Assembly: GCA_012295275.1 (NCBI GenBank)
Contig: CM022673.1
Span: 2,356,001 to 2,420,000, forward strand
Length of the DNA stretch: 64,000 bases
Direction: 5' to 3'
From: Chrysomallon squamiferum
Lineage: Eukaryota; Animalia; Mollusca
A program made the position numbers and the translations under genes. Numbering within the stretch: position 1 is the first letter of the stretch; every line of letters starts with the position of its first letter. Shown here piece by piece: positions 26,517 to 40,685 of the stretch. A model generated the notes under the pieces. That model saw only the letters and a list, made by a program, of their open reading frames with translations, was not told the origin of the DNA and did no database searches.

Positions 26517-29500
26517 CTATTTTAATTTTTTAATCTTTTCCTGTGGTTCCTCAGCTATATTTGCCTCTGCATCTGAAAAACTGCTAAACTTTTGATGTGA
26601 AGATTCTGAATTACTGTTACTGTTAAGAGTGTTTGCCATTTCCCCTTTAATCTGATGTTCATTGCCAGAACTGTTCATTTGATGTGATGAATGTTTTTGA
26701 TTAGTTGGCGTGTTCTTGGTCTTGGCACCAACATCACTGCTGCTTGTCAAATTAAGTCTGTCTTCTTGAACTTCTTGCAATGGATGATTAACAAAATGAT
26801 TATGTTTGTATTGTTCTTTGTCAACTTTAGTGATGTGCAAAGGTTTTCTTTCTACGTCTTCTTTCTCCCTTTTGAGGCCATTTTCTTTCTTGATATAATC
26901 TGTCTGTGGACAGTTCTTCAATGGTTGCAATTCATTTGTTTCAGAATCATCATATTTTTCAATCTTCAAGGGAATCTCTTCATCGTGACCTTGTCTTAGC
27001 AAACTTTTATCAGTAACAACCAAGTTAAGCTTCTTTTCGTCTTTTTTCGTGTGGATGGAGTAACAGACAATTTGAGGCTGATCAAATTTGGGAATTCGTA
27101 CATTCAAATGCTCACAGAGTTTTATCATGACTTTGTCAACGTAGCCATGGATTTTCAGATCTGCTTGTCTGTCATGTTTTGTTGGTTGCAGATTAACAAT
27201 GACAAGTTTTCCTCCATTACGTTTTGTTAAAAGTGGAATGTTCCCACTGGGAACAATTTGAAGAGATGTGCCAAGACAAACACTTAGATCTGCTTTTCTG
27301 AAAGATAAGAAATAAAAAAATGAAATGTTTTTCTGGGAGTATTCATTTGTTACAAATTTCAATGAATATATATCTGCACAAGGGACCAAAATGATCATAC
27401 AAATAAAAATAAGAACATAAGTGACAAATCATTTTTTTTAAACATATATAAAACAGTCTTGTGATAAATAAAATGTGTTCATTGTTATTAAAACAATTAT
27501 CTTATATATAGCTGTTACATATTATTGACAGTTAATGCGATATCCTTATTTTATTTTTTAATGATACTCTGCATAATAAATATATTAAATTATTCAAAAC
27601 ATTTAATTAAGAAACTCAGTACATATCTAAACAATTTGATTATTTGTAAAACAAAGCACTCTGCAAAATATTTAGAAATTATGAATCTGAATTATAATTA
27701 AATTGTTCTTTAATCAAACTACATTCTAAAAAATCTATTTCTTTAAAATAAAACAACTAACTATTATAAAAATATAAAATATGTTTACTTTCAGTTTACA
27801 GCTAATTGTAAATTCAAGTTAATTATATTACACTGTTTTTGTTTATTAGCACAAATTGGGCCACCATGATGTATGCTATTTTTAAATGATATCTATTTTT
27901 TAAAGGAAAGTGAAAAGCTGAAGATTACAACATGTACCTTGCATGTTCATCTGCCAAGTCCAAATCTCTATCTGGCAAAGAATCTTCCCAATCCAGTATT
28001 GTGTCTGTCAGTTTACCTCTGGAAGTTAATAACTAAACTTGTTTATTACAATAATAATCAAACAAAACAACAACAAACATAAACTTATTTGCATATACCC
28101 ATGCAAAGCAAAATATAAATACGTTATGATAAGCCTTTTTCTTATGGTTTCCTGATAGTAGTTGCTTCTCAACTGCAATAATGCCCAGCTTGTGATTGGG
28201 AATAATCTCAACTTAAGCACCCAGGGCTTTTAGGCAAGTATATATGATATTTAAACTTAGAAGGCAATTATCAATATAATTATCAATGATGCAAGGGTTA
28301 TAATCCTAGACAGAAATACAGAACAAGAGTTTTTGATAAAAGGAGGTTTGTCCAAAGTAAGCAGTGAGGTATTTCAATCCTAAACAGACAACAGTCTTTG
28401 ATAAAATGGTTTTAGCACTAAGGTTCTGGTGATGAATCATTACTCAGCCCGGCATTCTGTCATTTATGTCCAGTTCAGTCTCATTATTTAAAAACAGTTT
28501 AACTTGTAAAATCATTACCAGAAGATTTTGATTCAGTAGTCCATTTAAAATATTTCTGAAGTGATTTCATACCTACATTGTCCTCTGGATTTATTTCTGA
28601 AGCATGATTCTCCAGTTAGCTTTAATCCGATGGTAGGAGAACAGGTTTTTCTGATATACTGAAATAATAAAATAAAGATTTTTCTAACATTCTGTTGTCA
28701 GGGAACAGTGAAAGAATTGTATAAATTAAAAGCTCTTAAATAAATGTTAATTTTCAATAAAAAGAAAGAATATTAAATACAATTTTCATGTTTTTCCAAA
28801 GCAGTCAGCTGAAGGCTACCAGTTAAATTACTAATTTTGAACATATCTTCCGAACACTTTATTTACTATAATGGTACTGGCGATTAAACGAATTTATATT
28901 GAATAATTATCTGGTTTTGCAGTCATATAATTATTCTATCACTGTTGATTCTTTTTTATATTTCATACATATGCATGTACATGTTTTTATCTAATTATTT
29001 CTTATAAATCAAAACCGTTTTATTTATTATAGAGGACGATACATGTAAAGAAAAATATAAAATGTTTGGAACAAATGTTTCAAGTGGAATTATGGATGAA
29101 ATTAATTCTGTAATTTTTGCCAGAATGTAAAATAATATCAATAATATCTTTTATTATTTACAATCTGCATGAGATATACCTGACAACCACATTTATTACA
29201 CTGGTCTACAAACATGTTGCCATGGAGTTCTGAAAGTCTGTTCTTTGGAAATCCAGATCTCAGGTGTAGTCCATCGACATTCTGACTGATGATATACTTC
29301 ACTATACCTGAAACCCAAATGAAAATTAAGTATTTTTTTTTCCCAGTATGAGTAGTTTTGATCACTAATTTGATAAATTAGTAATTATTTCTTTGTTTTT
29401 TCAATAACTTACCTAGTCGCTCTAATTCCACAAGGGCCATATGAGTTGGTGAAGGAATGGCTGATTCAAAGGTAGTGTTCACCTCAGGTTGTTCTCCCTT

Positions 29501-29982
29501 TTCCTCAAGAGTCCAAACACCTTAAAATATCAATTGTGTTTAAAAATAATGATCCTTAAATGATTATCAGACACATTCAAACTGTTGGTCAGAATAAATA
29601 AAGAAAATACAACATTAAAATGTATTTAACTTGGACTGAGTGCCAGTAAGGTGCTATTCAATTCTTATTCATCTAGAATGCATATGGTTATGTTACACAT
29701 AACTCCACCATGTTTACAACTATCACTGTCATTAGCATTTAATCCTATAATTTACAGACAATCTTTATCATAATGGCATCATTTTAAGACATAGTAAGCT
29801 GTAAATATTTTAAAGATCAACTATTCCTTTTATGAAATTATTGGGTATACCATAAAGAGTCTACATAGTTTTGTATGGAACTGGATTGAGATACTGAATA
29901 GTAACATTCAAAATTAACTAAAAATAACTATACAAGTAATTATTTATACAACACACCCATTAAAAAAAATATTCATATATTA

Positions 29983-30042
<60 letters not shown>

Positions 30043-30371
30043 AATAAATAAACAAATAAATAAAGCAAAATAACAGAAAGTATATATATATATATATACA
30101 TATAAGTACTTTTAGTGCTGTTGAGATACTGGAAATTGATTTTAAGTTATATAGTCTACTATGTACCCTTTGGTCCACGGAAGTCAGGAATCCCAACAGA
30201 TGTGCTAATACCTGCTCCAGTGTGTACCACAAGATACTGACTCTGCTTGATCATTTCAGCTAACATGAAAACCTTTTCTTGTAAAATTTCTTCACAGTCA
30301 AATTTCTCTGGCATTCCACATTTTCCTTTGTAATCATAGGAGGATAACCCAGTGGCATAATTTACAGACAT
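26517..30371 (-). CDS. SIRT6: NAD-dependent protein deacylase sirtuin-6, ~462 aa
   Basis: Exons 30371-30167, 29520-29413, 29307-29180, 28658-28573, 28018-27938, 27297-26517, in frame. MSVNYA..LS.Y..KGKCG.PE start, [63 protein letters not shown]. Confidence 0.97.
29983..30033. repeat. (AAT)n microsatellite in SIRT6 intron
   Basis: Direct reading. Confidence 0.9.
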
Positions 30372-31289
30372 TCTGTTGAAGACTTAATATACCAGATTGT
30401 CAATGATAATGTTATTTAGATACGTGTTATGTGTTATGTTATCTGTTTAAAAAAAATAATAATAATAATAAATAAATAAATAATAAAGATTAAATATGAA
30501 TTTAAAATTCTAATGTCAAAATCACTAAGTTCGAGTAACACAACTGTGTAAAATTATCTGTCAACTGATTCATAATGTAATTATTTGGTTACTTTCAAGT
30601 AGTTTGTAATTACTTAAAAACAATTAAACTTAAAGCAGTTTGGAAGTCTTTTTAGACACAATTGACGGAATTGTCAGAATTGACGTGAGTTGAGGCGAGC
30701 TGAGACTAAGAGTAAGAGTAAGAGATCTCGTTACTGAAATATTTATAAAGAAAGGTATTTATTTAAATGTGTATAATGGTTCTGTATAAAAATTACATAT
30801 TTGTTTAACCCTTATTGTAATTACCAGTCGGTAGTTTAAATCGAAAATTTTAGCAATGGCGAACGTGAACCAGTTTTGTTTTGTTTTCGATAATGATTTG
30901 TGGGTCAGAGTGATCCCCCGTAATGATTTTGAAGCAATACAAAAAGACAATTTCCTCCATTGATTTTTGGAGCATCGGCCACTGACAGAAAAAAGCCAAT
31001 ATTATTTTATTTATCATCAATATCATTGTTAAATTTAAGTGAACATTTTGCACAAGCTCCAAACAAATTGAATTATCGGGTATTCTTCATTTATACGCTT
31101 GTCATTTCAATGCAATTTTTTATTTATCTATTTAGTCTTTGAACATTAATTTTTATCTTTACTGGTCCTATTTTTAAGTCATTTATGCCAGACATAACCC
31201 CTGTTATTAATGATACAAATTCTGGAATGTAAACTTTTGAACTGATAAATAACTAACTACTCGTGATATGTATAATGACTAAGTTGTTC

Positions 31290-31302
31290 TGGACTTTGAC
31301 CT
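31290..31302 (-). promoter_or_regulatory. Nuclear-receptor DR1 element (HNF4-type) upstream of perilipin
   Basis: Minus strand AGGTCA-A-AGTCCA, containing the HNF4-preferred core CAAAGTCCA. Confidence 0.6.
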
Positions 31303-31452
31303 GGGTGCTCACAGGGTTCATGAACCGATTTTAAGTTCGTGTATTTCCGTCACGAATCGTTGTTCGTCAAACAGAATACGAAAGCTAAAAAATAATGCTG
31401 ATGTTATCACGAAAACACCCGATGAATATTGTCGAAGGGTTTCCCATACATT

Positions 31453-31465
31453 TGGACTTTGGACT
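31453..31465 (-). promoter_or_regulatory. Second DR1 element (HNF4-type), 30 bp upstream of the TATA box
   Basis: Minus strand AGTCCA-A-AGTCCA. Confidence 0.6.
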
Positions 31466-31494
31466 GTGACGACACTGCTGACCTGTTAAAATCG

Positions 31495-31502
31495 TATAAA
31501 TA
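31495..31502 (+). promoter_or_regulatory. TATA box of the perilipin gene
   Basis: TATAAATA ~70 bp before a GG|GTAAGA donor at 31571/31572 (non-coding exon 1). Confidence 0.55.
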
Positions 31503-32004
31503 GAAATTATTCCGTCGCGTTTCATTTAGTAATTGTTCGTGAATGTTCGAAGTATCACAGTTATTAGTTGGGTAAGATTTAAAAAAATATTTTTTTATTC
31601 AATTAATATTTACGTACTGTTATTTATCAAGCATAATTTATTTATATTTAGCGATATGTAGCAGTAATAATATTTTTTATAATTAACTAGCTTGGAAAGT
31701 TAGGTACGGTAAAGGCTCAGATTTTATTTTACACGCGTCAAAATACGATAAAGTAGAGATTCACAGAAAAAAATCATTGTTATTTTGTTATAGGTGTAAC
31801 TTAATTAGTTTCTTATTTCTTAGGTTTGTAAATTAATAATACATCGACTTAATTATGACTTTCCGTTCATGTTTAAGGCCATAGCTTCAATCGGGCTAGA
31901 CGTTAGTCATGTGATGATGATGATTATTATTATGATATGCGCAGGTACTATATCAAACTGAAAATTTAATCTTTTTTAAATTTAATTAATTTAGACACAA
32001 GTGT

Positions 32005-35000
32005 ATGTATCGCCAAAGTCTTGAAACTTCAAGAATGACAGAGGAGCAGTTTTTCGTTCGTCTTGGCAGTCTTCCAATTGTCAATTCTGCTTGGACAGGC
32101 GCTCTGGATGCTTACCAGAAGACCAAGAATCATAATGTCCTGTTTCGTACAAGTTTAAATCTGGCTGAAGCAGGAGTTTGGACTGTTATGGGAACAGCCA
32201 AACCCATTGTTGGAAAATGTCAACCACAGAGTTAATATAATAATATTTTTATATATTCTATTTTATTTATTTTTTTATTTTTAATTATTTTATTATTAAT
32301 GTTTGTATTTTTTTGACACTCTTAATCTTTACTAAAATAATCATTTCTGCTTCATTACAACAGAGTATATGAGCAGAAAATGTCTATTAAAACAACTTGT
32401 AGTATTAAATAAGATCTGAAAGTGCAAGAAAAAATATCAACTTTTATTTTTAAAATAAAATTATATTTTAGAAAATTTGGAATTAAAAATTGTTAAATTG
32501 TTCTGAATTTATTAATATTATTATAAATTAATTCTATATTATTTATTTTTCAGATTTTATTTTCTATTTTCTTTTCCTTTATTTTTTAAATTTTATTTTA
32601 TAATTTTCTTTTCTTTTTGACATTTTTGTATTAAAATTAGTTTTATTTTTAAAACTTCATCTTTAAAAAAAACAGGATAATTTTTTTTCTATAGTTGAAC
32701 GAGTTAACACAATTGCCTGTGAACAACTGGCCAAACTTGAGGAAAAGTATCCTGCCATAACTCACCCAACAGATCAGGTAAAAACAATATAAAAATAAAA
32801 CAATGAAACAAAAAGCATAAATCTATTCCTGAAATATTTTTCAGTTTACACCTGTAATTATAGTTATATATATTTACTTCTTTTTTTTTTTCTTTTTTTT
32901 TTTGAGAGATCCCAAATTAGTAAATTTACTGATACTATTTAAATATTAACTTTAAAAATGCTATTATCAGTAAAGGTATGTAATTTTATTTAATTATATA
33001 TGTGTCATAATATTTAATTTCTTTGTTTTTCAAAATTCATTAATCTGAATATTTGTTTTCAGTTGGTACAGGAAAGCAAAGAAGCATGTGTTGCGTTGGT
33101 AAAGCCAGCCATAGATCGAGTCACCATGATAAAGCAGTTTGGCACAGACAAATACACTGGAGTTGTTTCTGCTGGAAAAGACCAGGTCAGCCCAAACAAT
33201 GGAAAAAAAAAAAAGAAACCCCCCAAAATTTATTTTTTGTACATTTTCTTTTTAATTATTTATGTATTTATTATTTTTATTATTATTAATAATTTATTTC
33301 TTATAAAACAGTTTTATTGGGCCGTGCCAATAATTTAAATGTATTATTCATACTTTTAATTTAAAAAAAAAAAAAGTCTTGACGATCAGTCAGATGAATA
33401 CAGATAACAGATAATTTGGATAGTTTTAACTGATCTTGAAATTTTTTATTTTATTTTTTTCTAAAATTCTCCCAAGCAAGTATTGTAAATTTCAAAACGT
33501 GCAGTTGAATGTTACTTACTGGACTGATTTTCACTGTAATTTAATAACTTGTATTCCACTGAAATTTCATGTTAGTATTTTTAATTTTAAATGTCAGGTG
33601 AATCGTGTTAAACAGCTTGGTACTGACACTATTTCCGGAGTGAAAACCTACAGTCAGGATTTGGTCACAAAGTCACTGGAGACCTCGTACGGTCAACTGG
33701 TCATGAATGGTGTGGATGGTATTTTGACTCTCTCAGAAAACTATGTGGACAAGTACCTTCCTTCAGATGAAGGTATGATTTATTTTGTTAATAAAAATAT
33801 ATATCTTAAAATTATTTTGAAAAAATTCTGTAATTTCTTATTTATTTTTATTGAATTCACTACAAATTGTAGAAACTTTCTAAACTTTTATTCACTTCTG
33901 TTTATGGATCCTTTTAAGACTGGCCTTGATAAAAACATACTCAAGAAAATGACATGTATATATAATATTTATTATTATTATTATTTTATCATTACTGTTG
34001 TTGTTGGTTTTATTATATTATTGTTGTTATTATAACATTTTTTTATCCTGATTCTTATTTGCCACAGCATATAAAGAATAACAAAAATAATAATGTCTTT
34101 TACTCATTTGGATAATATCTTTAAAATAATTTCATTTACAGAGTCTGTAGAGGATGATGAAAAGCAGCTGGAAAAGAAAGAAATGGATGAGATGACATCC
34201 AATCCAATGGACAGAGCTAAGACTTTGACCTCCAGAGTTCGTCGCCGCATGTACAAGAAAACCATGAGAGAACTGCGCACAGCCAAAATAAAAAGTCAGG
34301 AGACTCTGGCAAAACTTAACTTTACTGTAGACTTGGTAAGTAAAGTATTATACTGTTCCACAGTTTTATAATATATTTTGTATGCTGATCATTATATTTA
34401 ATAGGATTAAATAAAGTAAAAGTGGATGATGAGGGAATGTAATTCTATAAGTAAAATGCAATATAGGTTTATATATATATATATTTCATATTGTCATATA
34501 TTTAAATTCAGATTGACTATGCCAAGTCAAACATTGACCAAGTTAAGAACAGAATAGGAGTAACTGTAACATCAGCTCAGGATAAAGTGAAGGACACCTG
34601 GATGAAGATCATGACTGATGAAGAAGACGATACTGTACCTGAGGTATAGATATTCAGCTTATGTCAAATTCAGATACATATTGCTAAATGCATTTAATGA
34701 ATTTCTATAACTGTTGTTGTTGTTGTGCTTCAATTAATTATAAAATACAACAAAGTATGATGTTCACATGGTTCAACAATATACATTTTTTCTTTATTTT
34801 TTATTTTTTTATTTTAGTAATGCTATTTTTTACAACAAGATTGCAAAATCACTGCAAAATTCCTGTGTCCATAAAACTTAAGCATTTTTATTTATTTTAC
34901 AAGTTATGTCAAACAAGAAAGTTAGTCAAATTTGATATGGTTTTCAAACTTTTTAATAAATGTAAATAAAACAATTCTACATAAAATTGTTTCAGACCAG

Positions 35001-35966
35001 GGAAGAAAAGACTATTGCTCTGGCACGAAGACTGACCAAACAAATTCGACACAATGTTGGCATGGTAACCACATACATAAGCAGCACTCCAGAACATATT
35101 AGAGAGAAGCTAACACAGGCAGAAAAATATGCAGAAGATCTCTATATGGTGTTTGTTAAGGTTAGAACATTGTAAACAAAAATATATTTAAAAAAAAGAG
35201 TTTCAAGTCAAATATTAAATATTTGTAAATCTTTGAATCTGTTTAGACAAACATGCTTTGACTATATGTTCAAATATCAGAAATAATAAAAGGAACTGAT
35301 TAGAATGGTACCAGTATATATATATATATATATATATTATTATTTTTTTTTTTTTAATACAAATCATTTATAGTGCAAAATTGAAAAAACATCAATAATC
35401 CTCTGTTTTAAAGTACTCTTAAAAATTCATATTTTAGTAATTTCTTGTATTAAATAATAAATAGGGATAAAAAAAACAGGTAATTTTAGGTTGCATTTTA
35501 GAAACTAGTTCTTGTCTCATATACCAAAGTGAAAATATTAATCTTCAATTATTCTTTACGTCAAAGACGAGATTGGAAATCCTGAAAATGTTTCAAGTAT
35601 CATAATGTTTTTTTTGTTGGTTTTTATTTTAATTTATATTTTGTATTTATTTATTTTTAATTTTTTTATATTTTGTGATCACAGAAAAATAGATTTGAAG
35701 AATTTCCTTCCTGGATGATAGAACAGACGCGAGAAAAAATTTCATACATCCAAGATGCTTTGGGTTTTGCTACAGACTTTCTACTGACCTCTCCTCTTAA
35801 CTGGCTGGTAAGTAAACTGAACATGTAAAAATATCATAGAAATAACAGGTCAAAGCCAAAGGTTTTTTTGTGGTTTTTTTCTCTTGTATTTGTTATACCA
35901 AACAGAACAGAGTTAAGGGCCAAGTGAATGACAGATTTCAGTTATGGCTCATAATGCTCAGTTTAC

Positions 35967-35999
<33 letters not shown>

Positions 36000-38924
36000 A
36001 TTGAAAACATTTTACATAAATTGTTACATTAAAAAAATAAATAAATGAATTTTAAAATATTTTCCTTACAACATGTACATGCTGGTTATATAAGGCTTAT
36101 AAACATACAGTTAGAGATACTTTAACCAAATCTGTAATCATTTTTATCATTACAAACTACATTCACACTGGCCCTTAACTATGTAGATTGTTGTTACCTC
36201 ACCTGAACTGTAGAACTGCATCTTTACCCTGCTTCCTGGATGCTTTCTGATAAATGTATTTATGCTGGTACCAGGACACAAAATTCTTTAGACATTTTAC
36301 ATCAGTCTGTACATTCAGTTTGAGACAAATTTTAAATCGTATTAATTTCTATTATAGTTGATCCATGTCTAAAACATGCTCACATAATATTGCAATGAAG
36401 TTGGCTAAAAATGTCTTTGCCTACAGTTTCTTTCTACAGAAGTAGGGATCACCACACACAAATTTAATACAAAAAAAGTTCTTTTTATTTAATAGTACTA
36501 TATTACTTGGATATTTTTTTATATGTATTCCTCAAATTCATTTAATAAATATATACATATTTTATTAACCTTAACAGTATCTTATTTGAATAAAAAATTT
36601 AATTTGCTGCATGCACTTAACTGAATTAAATTGTAACAAATGGCCATAAAGAATTTTTGTGTTGTCAAGTTAGGCAGAACATATTTGATACCAAAACAAT
36701 AACAAAATTGACATTTTGTTTTAAAAAAAATTAAAATTAATGTCATTTCCTTTTGCTAAAGAAAAAAGAAAATTAATAATTTTACACAGGGTTAATCATT
36801 GCACAAATTTTAAAAAAGATATATGTATATATAATTATTTGTTTTGTCATATTTATTAGCAAAACAATTTAGCAGAAATAACAAATCATTTCAGTGTATA
36901 CAGAATAAATTTTAATCAGTTGACTATTATAAAATATTCTAAAAAGAAAAGTGTTATCCAGTTCCCAAAGTTAAAATGTCTGAAGTTGATTGTGTCTTAG
37001 TCAACCAAATTAAATGAGTGTGTTGCTTCTTCCTTTTTTCACTTCTGTTTTTATTTTTATTTTTACTCTTTTATTTTTTATTTTAAAACTGTTGCAATGC
37101 CAGAGAGATTGTTAAATATAAAGACATTTTATTTTTTAATTTACATAATTAAAATATATCCTTTCATACAATTTGTGTGTGTATGTGTGCATGTGTTCAT
37201 GACAATAAAGAAAAAAATAATAATAAAATAAAAAATGTCATTTCAAGTTTTAAATGTTTGCATCTGGATCATAACAAAGTCTCTAAATGCAAAACCCCTT
37301 ATAAATCCCTGACTAGTAGATAAGGGAATGTTTAAGTAGTTCAGAATATTCCCCTAGTAAAAACCAATGGGTTTTTAAAAAATAAATAAACAAATGAAAT
37401 AATGGAGCAACTATTTCGGCCATTTTAACAATGACAAATAGATTTCTTTTTTGTTGCCAGGTTCCAAAACCCCGGGTGGAGGTCATAGAAATGTCCAATA
37501 TGATTGAAGGACATAGGACGGACTAAAAACAAGATGAAAATAACCCTGGCTGGATTTTTGACCTTTTGAAAAAATGTGTGCATATACAGTGTAAAATATT
37601 CATGGATTTAAAAAAGAATTTTACAAAAATGATCATTGCAAGAAATATGACATTAAGAACTAACTTTGTGCATTTTTTCAGAAAAATAAATGTGAATTTA
37701 TCTTTGTGTTAATCATATTAACTGTATTCTTATAATTAATCATTTTGTTGTTTTCTTCTGTGCTGCTTCTGTTTTCTTTCTAAAAATATATATTGATTTC
37801 AACTGATTGTCATTTCCAGTGCTTTGGGGTGGTGTTCTTTTTTTTTTTTTCCTTTTTTTTCCCCCAAGTTAAATAGATTTTTCTTTTCTCTTTATGCATT
37901 TCAATTAATAATTTAAATATTTTAAAAATTCAATATAATTAAATTTTCTAAATTGAAAAAAAATACAATATTTCAGCTGTTAATTTTTAACATTAACAAT
38001 CTTTTTTCCTTTTGTATTTAATGTCGTAATAAATTGTTTAAAATATTATGTATCAAAGAGTTTTGTGTAACACATAAATATTGTTGTGCTTTCAGCAAAT
38101 AAATCACTTCAGCTTTTCTTTTGGTTGTTTTGTTCATGTTCCTTGTTTGTAAACACTTATTTCAAGCACTTTAGAAACACCTTCCTGCTTTTGTTCCTTC
38201 ATATTTTGTAGTAGTAGTAGTTGTAGTAGTAGCAGCAGCAGGTAGTTGTTGTAGTAGTTAGCATTAACAGTTAATTGTTAGATAACTCCCAATTGAGCAG
38301 CAAATAGAAATATGATTATCTGAGACCTGGACAAATCATATTTGTGGATCGGATTTTTATAATAAAAAGTTTTCTTGGTGAAATAACATTTACACTCATC
38401 CATGATATATTGAGAAAATATTCTAGTTGTTATTAAAAGAAATTTATACCAAATGAAATTATAATTAAATATTAGAAAATAATAATAAAAATAATACATA
38501 CAAAAATAACTACATTAACTCGTAGCATTATAATAGATTTACCCATAGTTTTGTTTCAGCTAATAATTTATAGATACACTTTAGTCACAAATAAACTTAG
38601 TCATTATAATTATTCAGATTCATAAAGATTAATAATTCATAATACTGAAAATAGTTGAACAATATTCCTAGTTATTTTTTTGTTTTTTTTGTTTTTTAAA
38701 GGTTATATTTTTCAAAGTATTTTGTGAGAATAATTTCAATAAAATAACAATTTGAATAAAACAGGTCATAATGTTTCAGTTAATTGCATATCCAGTAACA
38801 TTGTGTTTTGTTAATCTTGCAGGCTCCAGATATTAATATTGATGATCTTGTTCTGGAAGAACCAGAATTTTATCCTTGCAACGGCCATGCTGTTGTGTAC
38901 AAAGAGGGGCTAGATGAATCATAA
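32005..38924 (+). CDS. Perilipin family lipid-droplet protein (PLIN2/LSD-like) with two alternative last exons
   Basis: Exons 32005-32230, 32695-32777, 33063-33185, 33598-33772, 34142-34335, 34512-34643, 34996-35160, 35685-35807, then 37461-37526 or 38823-38924; all GT-AG and in frame. PAT domain (RLGSLPIVNSAW..AYQKTK..LAEAGV..ACEQLAKLEEKYPAI..PTDQ), 11-mer-like repeats, ENYVDKYLP, L.FTVDLIDYA, PLNWL. Confidence 0.92.
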
Positions 38925-40289
38925 GTTTTTTTATTCCTTCTCTATCTACTAAACCTGGTGATATACAAACATTTATTTATGAGTATGGTGCATACTATAA
39001 CATTTAGTACAAATCTGGCCATCTAACCACAGATAAAATTCATTACCACATTGCTAACTTCTATCTTTACAGTTTTTATAGATATATAAATAATGGAAAT
39101 GGTGCTCATTAAATAATTTGGTTTAATGCTTATGCTACATTCTGAAATGCTTTATGTGATGATGAAAAAATTTTGTGCAGTAATTTCTATATTTTTTTAA
39201 AGATAGGCTTCAAATTTTGTGATTTTCTGTGACTGCTTTGAATTATTAAGAAGATAAATGAATACTGGTGCAAATTATTTGTTCACATCTTGATTTATGC
39301 AAGTTTATTAAATTTAATTTGGTTAATCTGTACTCAATCAGTGCCTTTTCAGAGGGCAAACATTGCAGGACAACCATAAGTAAATGGAATTCAGAAAGCT
39401 TAGAAGACAGAAATTGTTTTATTGTATTAATTGACACATTTGTTTGTTTTGTTTTTTTTGGTTGCCTGTAAATAAATATATTTCAGATACTAATCAGAAA
39501 TAGAATATTAAAACCTTTCAGCCATTGAACATGATGATGATAATGAATAAAATTTATAATTGTTATATTTGTCTTGATTTATTTATTTATTTAAGTATGG
39601 TATAACAGCATAAAACATGTTTCAGTATCACATCTGTGGAATTTAACTGAAAAATAAATTATTCACAAAAATAATGTGAAACAGTATCATTAAAAAAGAA
39701 GTTTACTGATGCCACTATATGGTGGCATTACCAGTTAGATCAAAAGCCTCGTTTCCATGCCACTGTACCACAGACAAAGAGATTATATGCCACATCTTTT
39801 AATCTTTATTTTCATACTATTTCTCTACAGATATACTGAGTACAAATGTTAAGATCCTACCAGAAATATAAACCAATAAAAGCTTAATGGCAGCAAACAA
39901 TAAAACAATGCAGAAAAATATAAATCAGAAAATGCTAATTTATATTTTTTTTATGAGAAAAATTGAAATCCATGAAATATGGTATTTTCACTGTTTACTA
40001 TATAAGAGTAACAAAAAAATGTAGATAAATAATACAGATTATCACAAACTTTGAATTTGCGTCCCAGCACACTGTATAAACTGTATGTTAACCGTTTCAT
40101 TTCATTTTAATTAATAATTTATAATAAATTATTCACTGTTATATCTTGCATGTCATAAATTCCTGTTTTCATAAAATCAATAATTAATCTTAATAACCCA
40201 ACATATATCCAGCAGTACTCAATCTTCTATCCAATAAATATCATCTTCAGAAAATTTATTTCACGAATTTAACAACATGCAATTTGTAT

Positions 40290-40640
40290 TCAGGCAGATT
40301 CTTTCTTTTTGCTCTTTGCGAAATCTTCTAAGATTCCATCAAGTTCTTGGTATTGCGATTCTTTTAACAACACTGATATCAAACCATCAAGATCTTCTCC
40401 TGAGGTCATGAAATGACTCAGGTTAAATATACTGTAGTTTATTCTATGGTCAGTAATTCTGTCCTGTGGAAAATTGTAAGTTCTGATTTTTTCTGATCGT
40501 CCTGCTGTACCCACTTGCAGTTTTCTGTCAGCTTTGTATTTCATTTGTTGCTCTTCTAATTCTTTTTCATAAATTCTGAAAGCATAATCCAAATTGTATT
40601 CGTAAATATTTGTTAACTTTTTATTAAATCTAGATTATAT

Positions 40641-40685
<45 letters not shown>

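Noticed and set aside
28424-28523. C/D-box-like TGATGA with flanking inverted repeat in a SIRT6 intron
   Set aside because: The box is antisense to the host gene and no terminal D box (CTGA) is positioned correctly, so it is not a supportable snoRNA.
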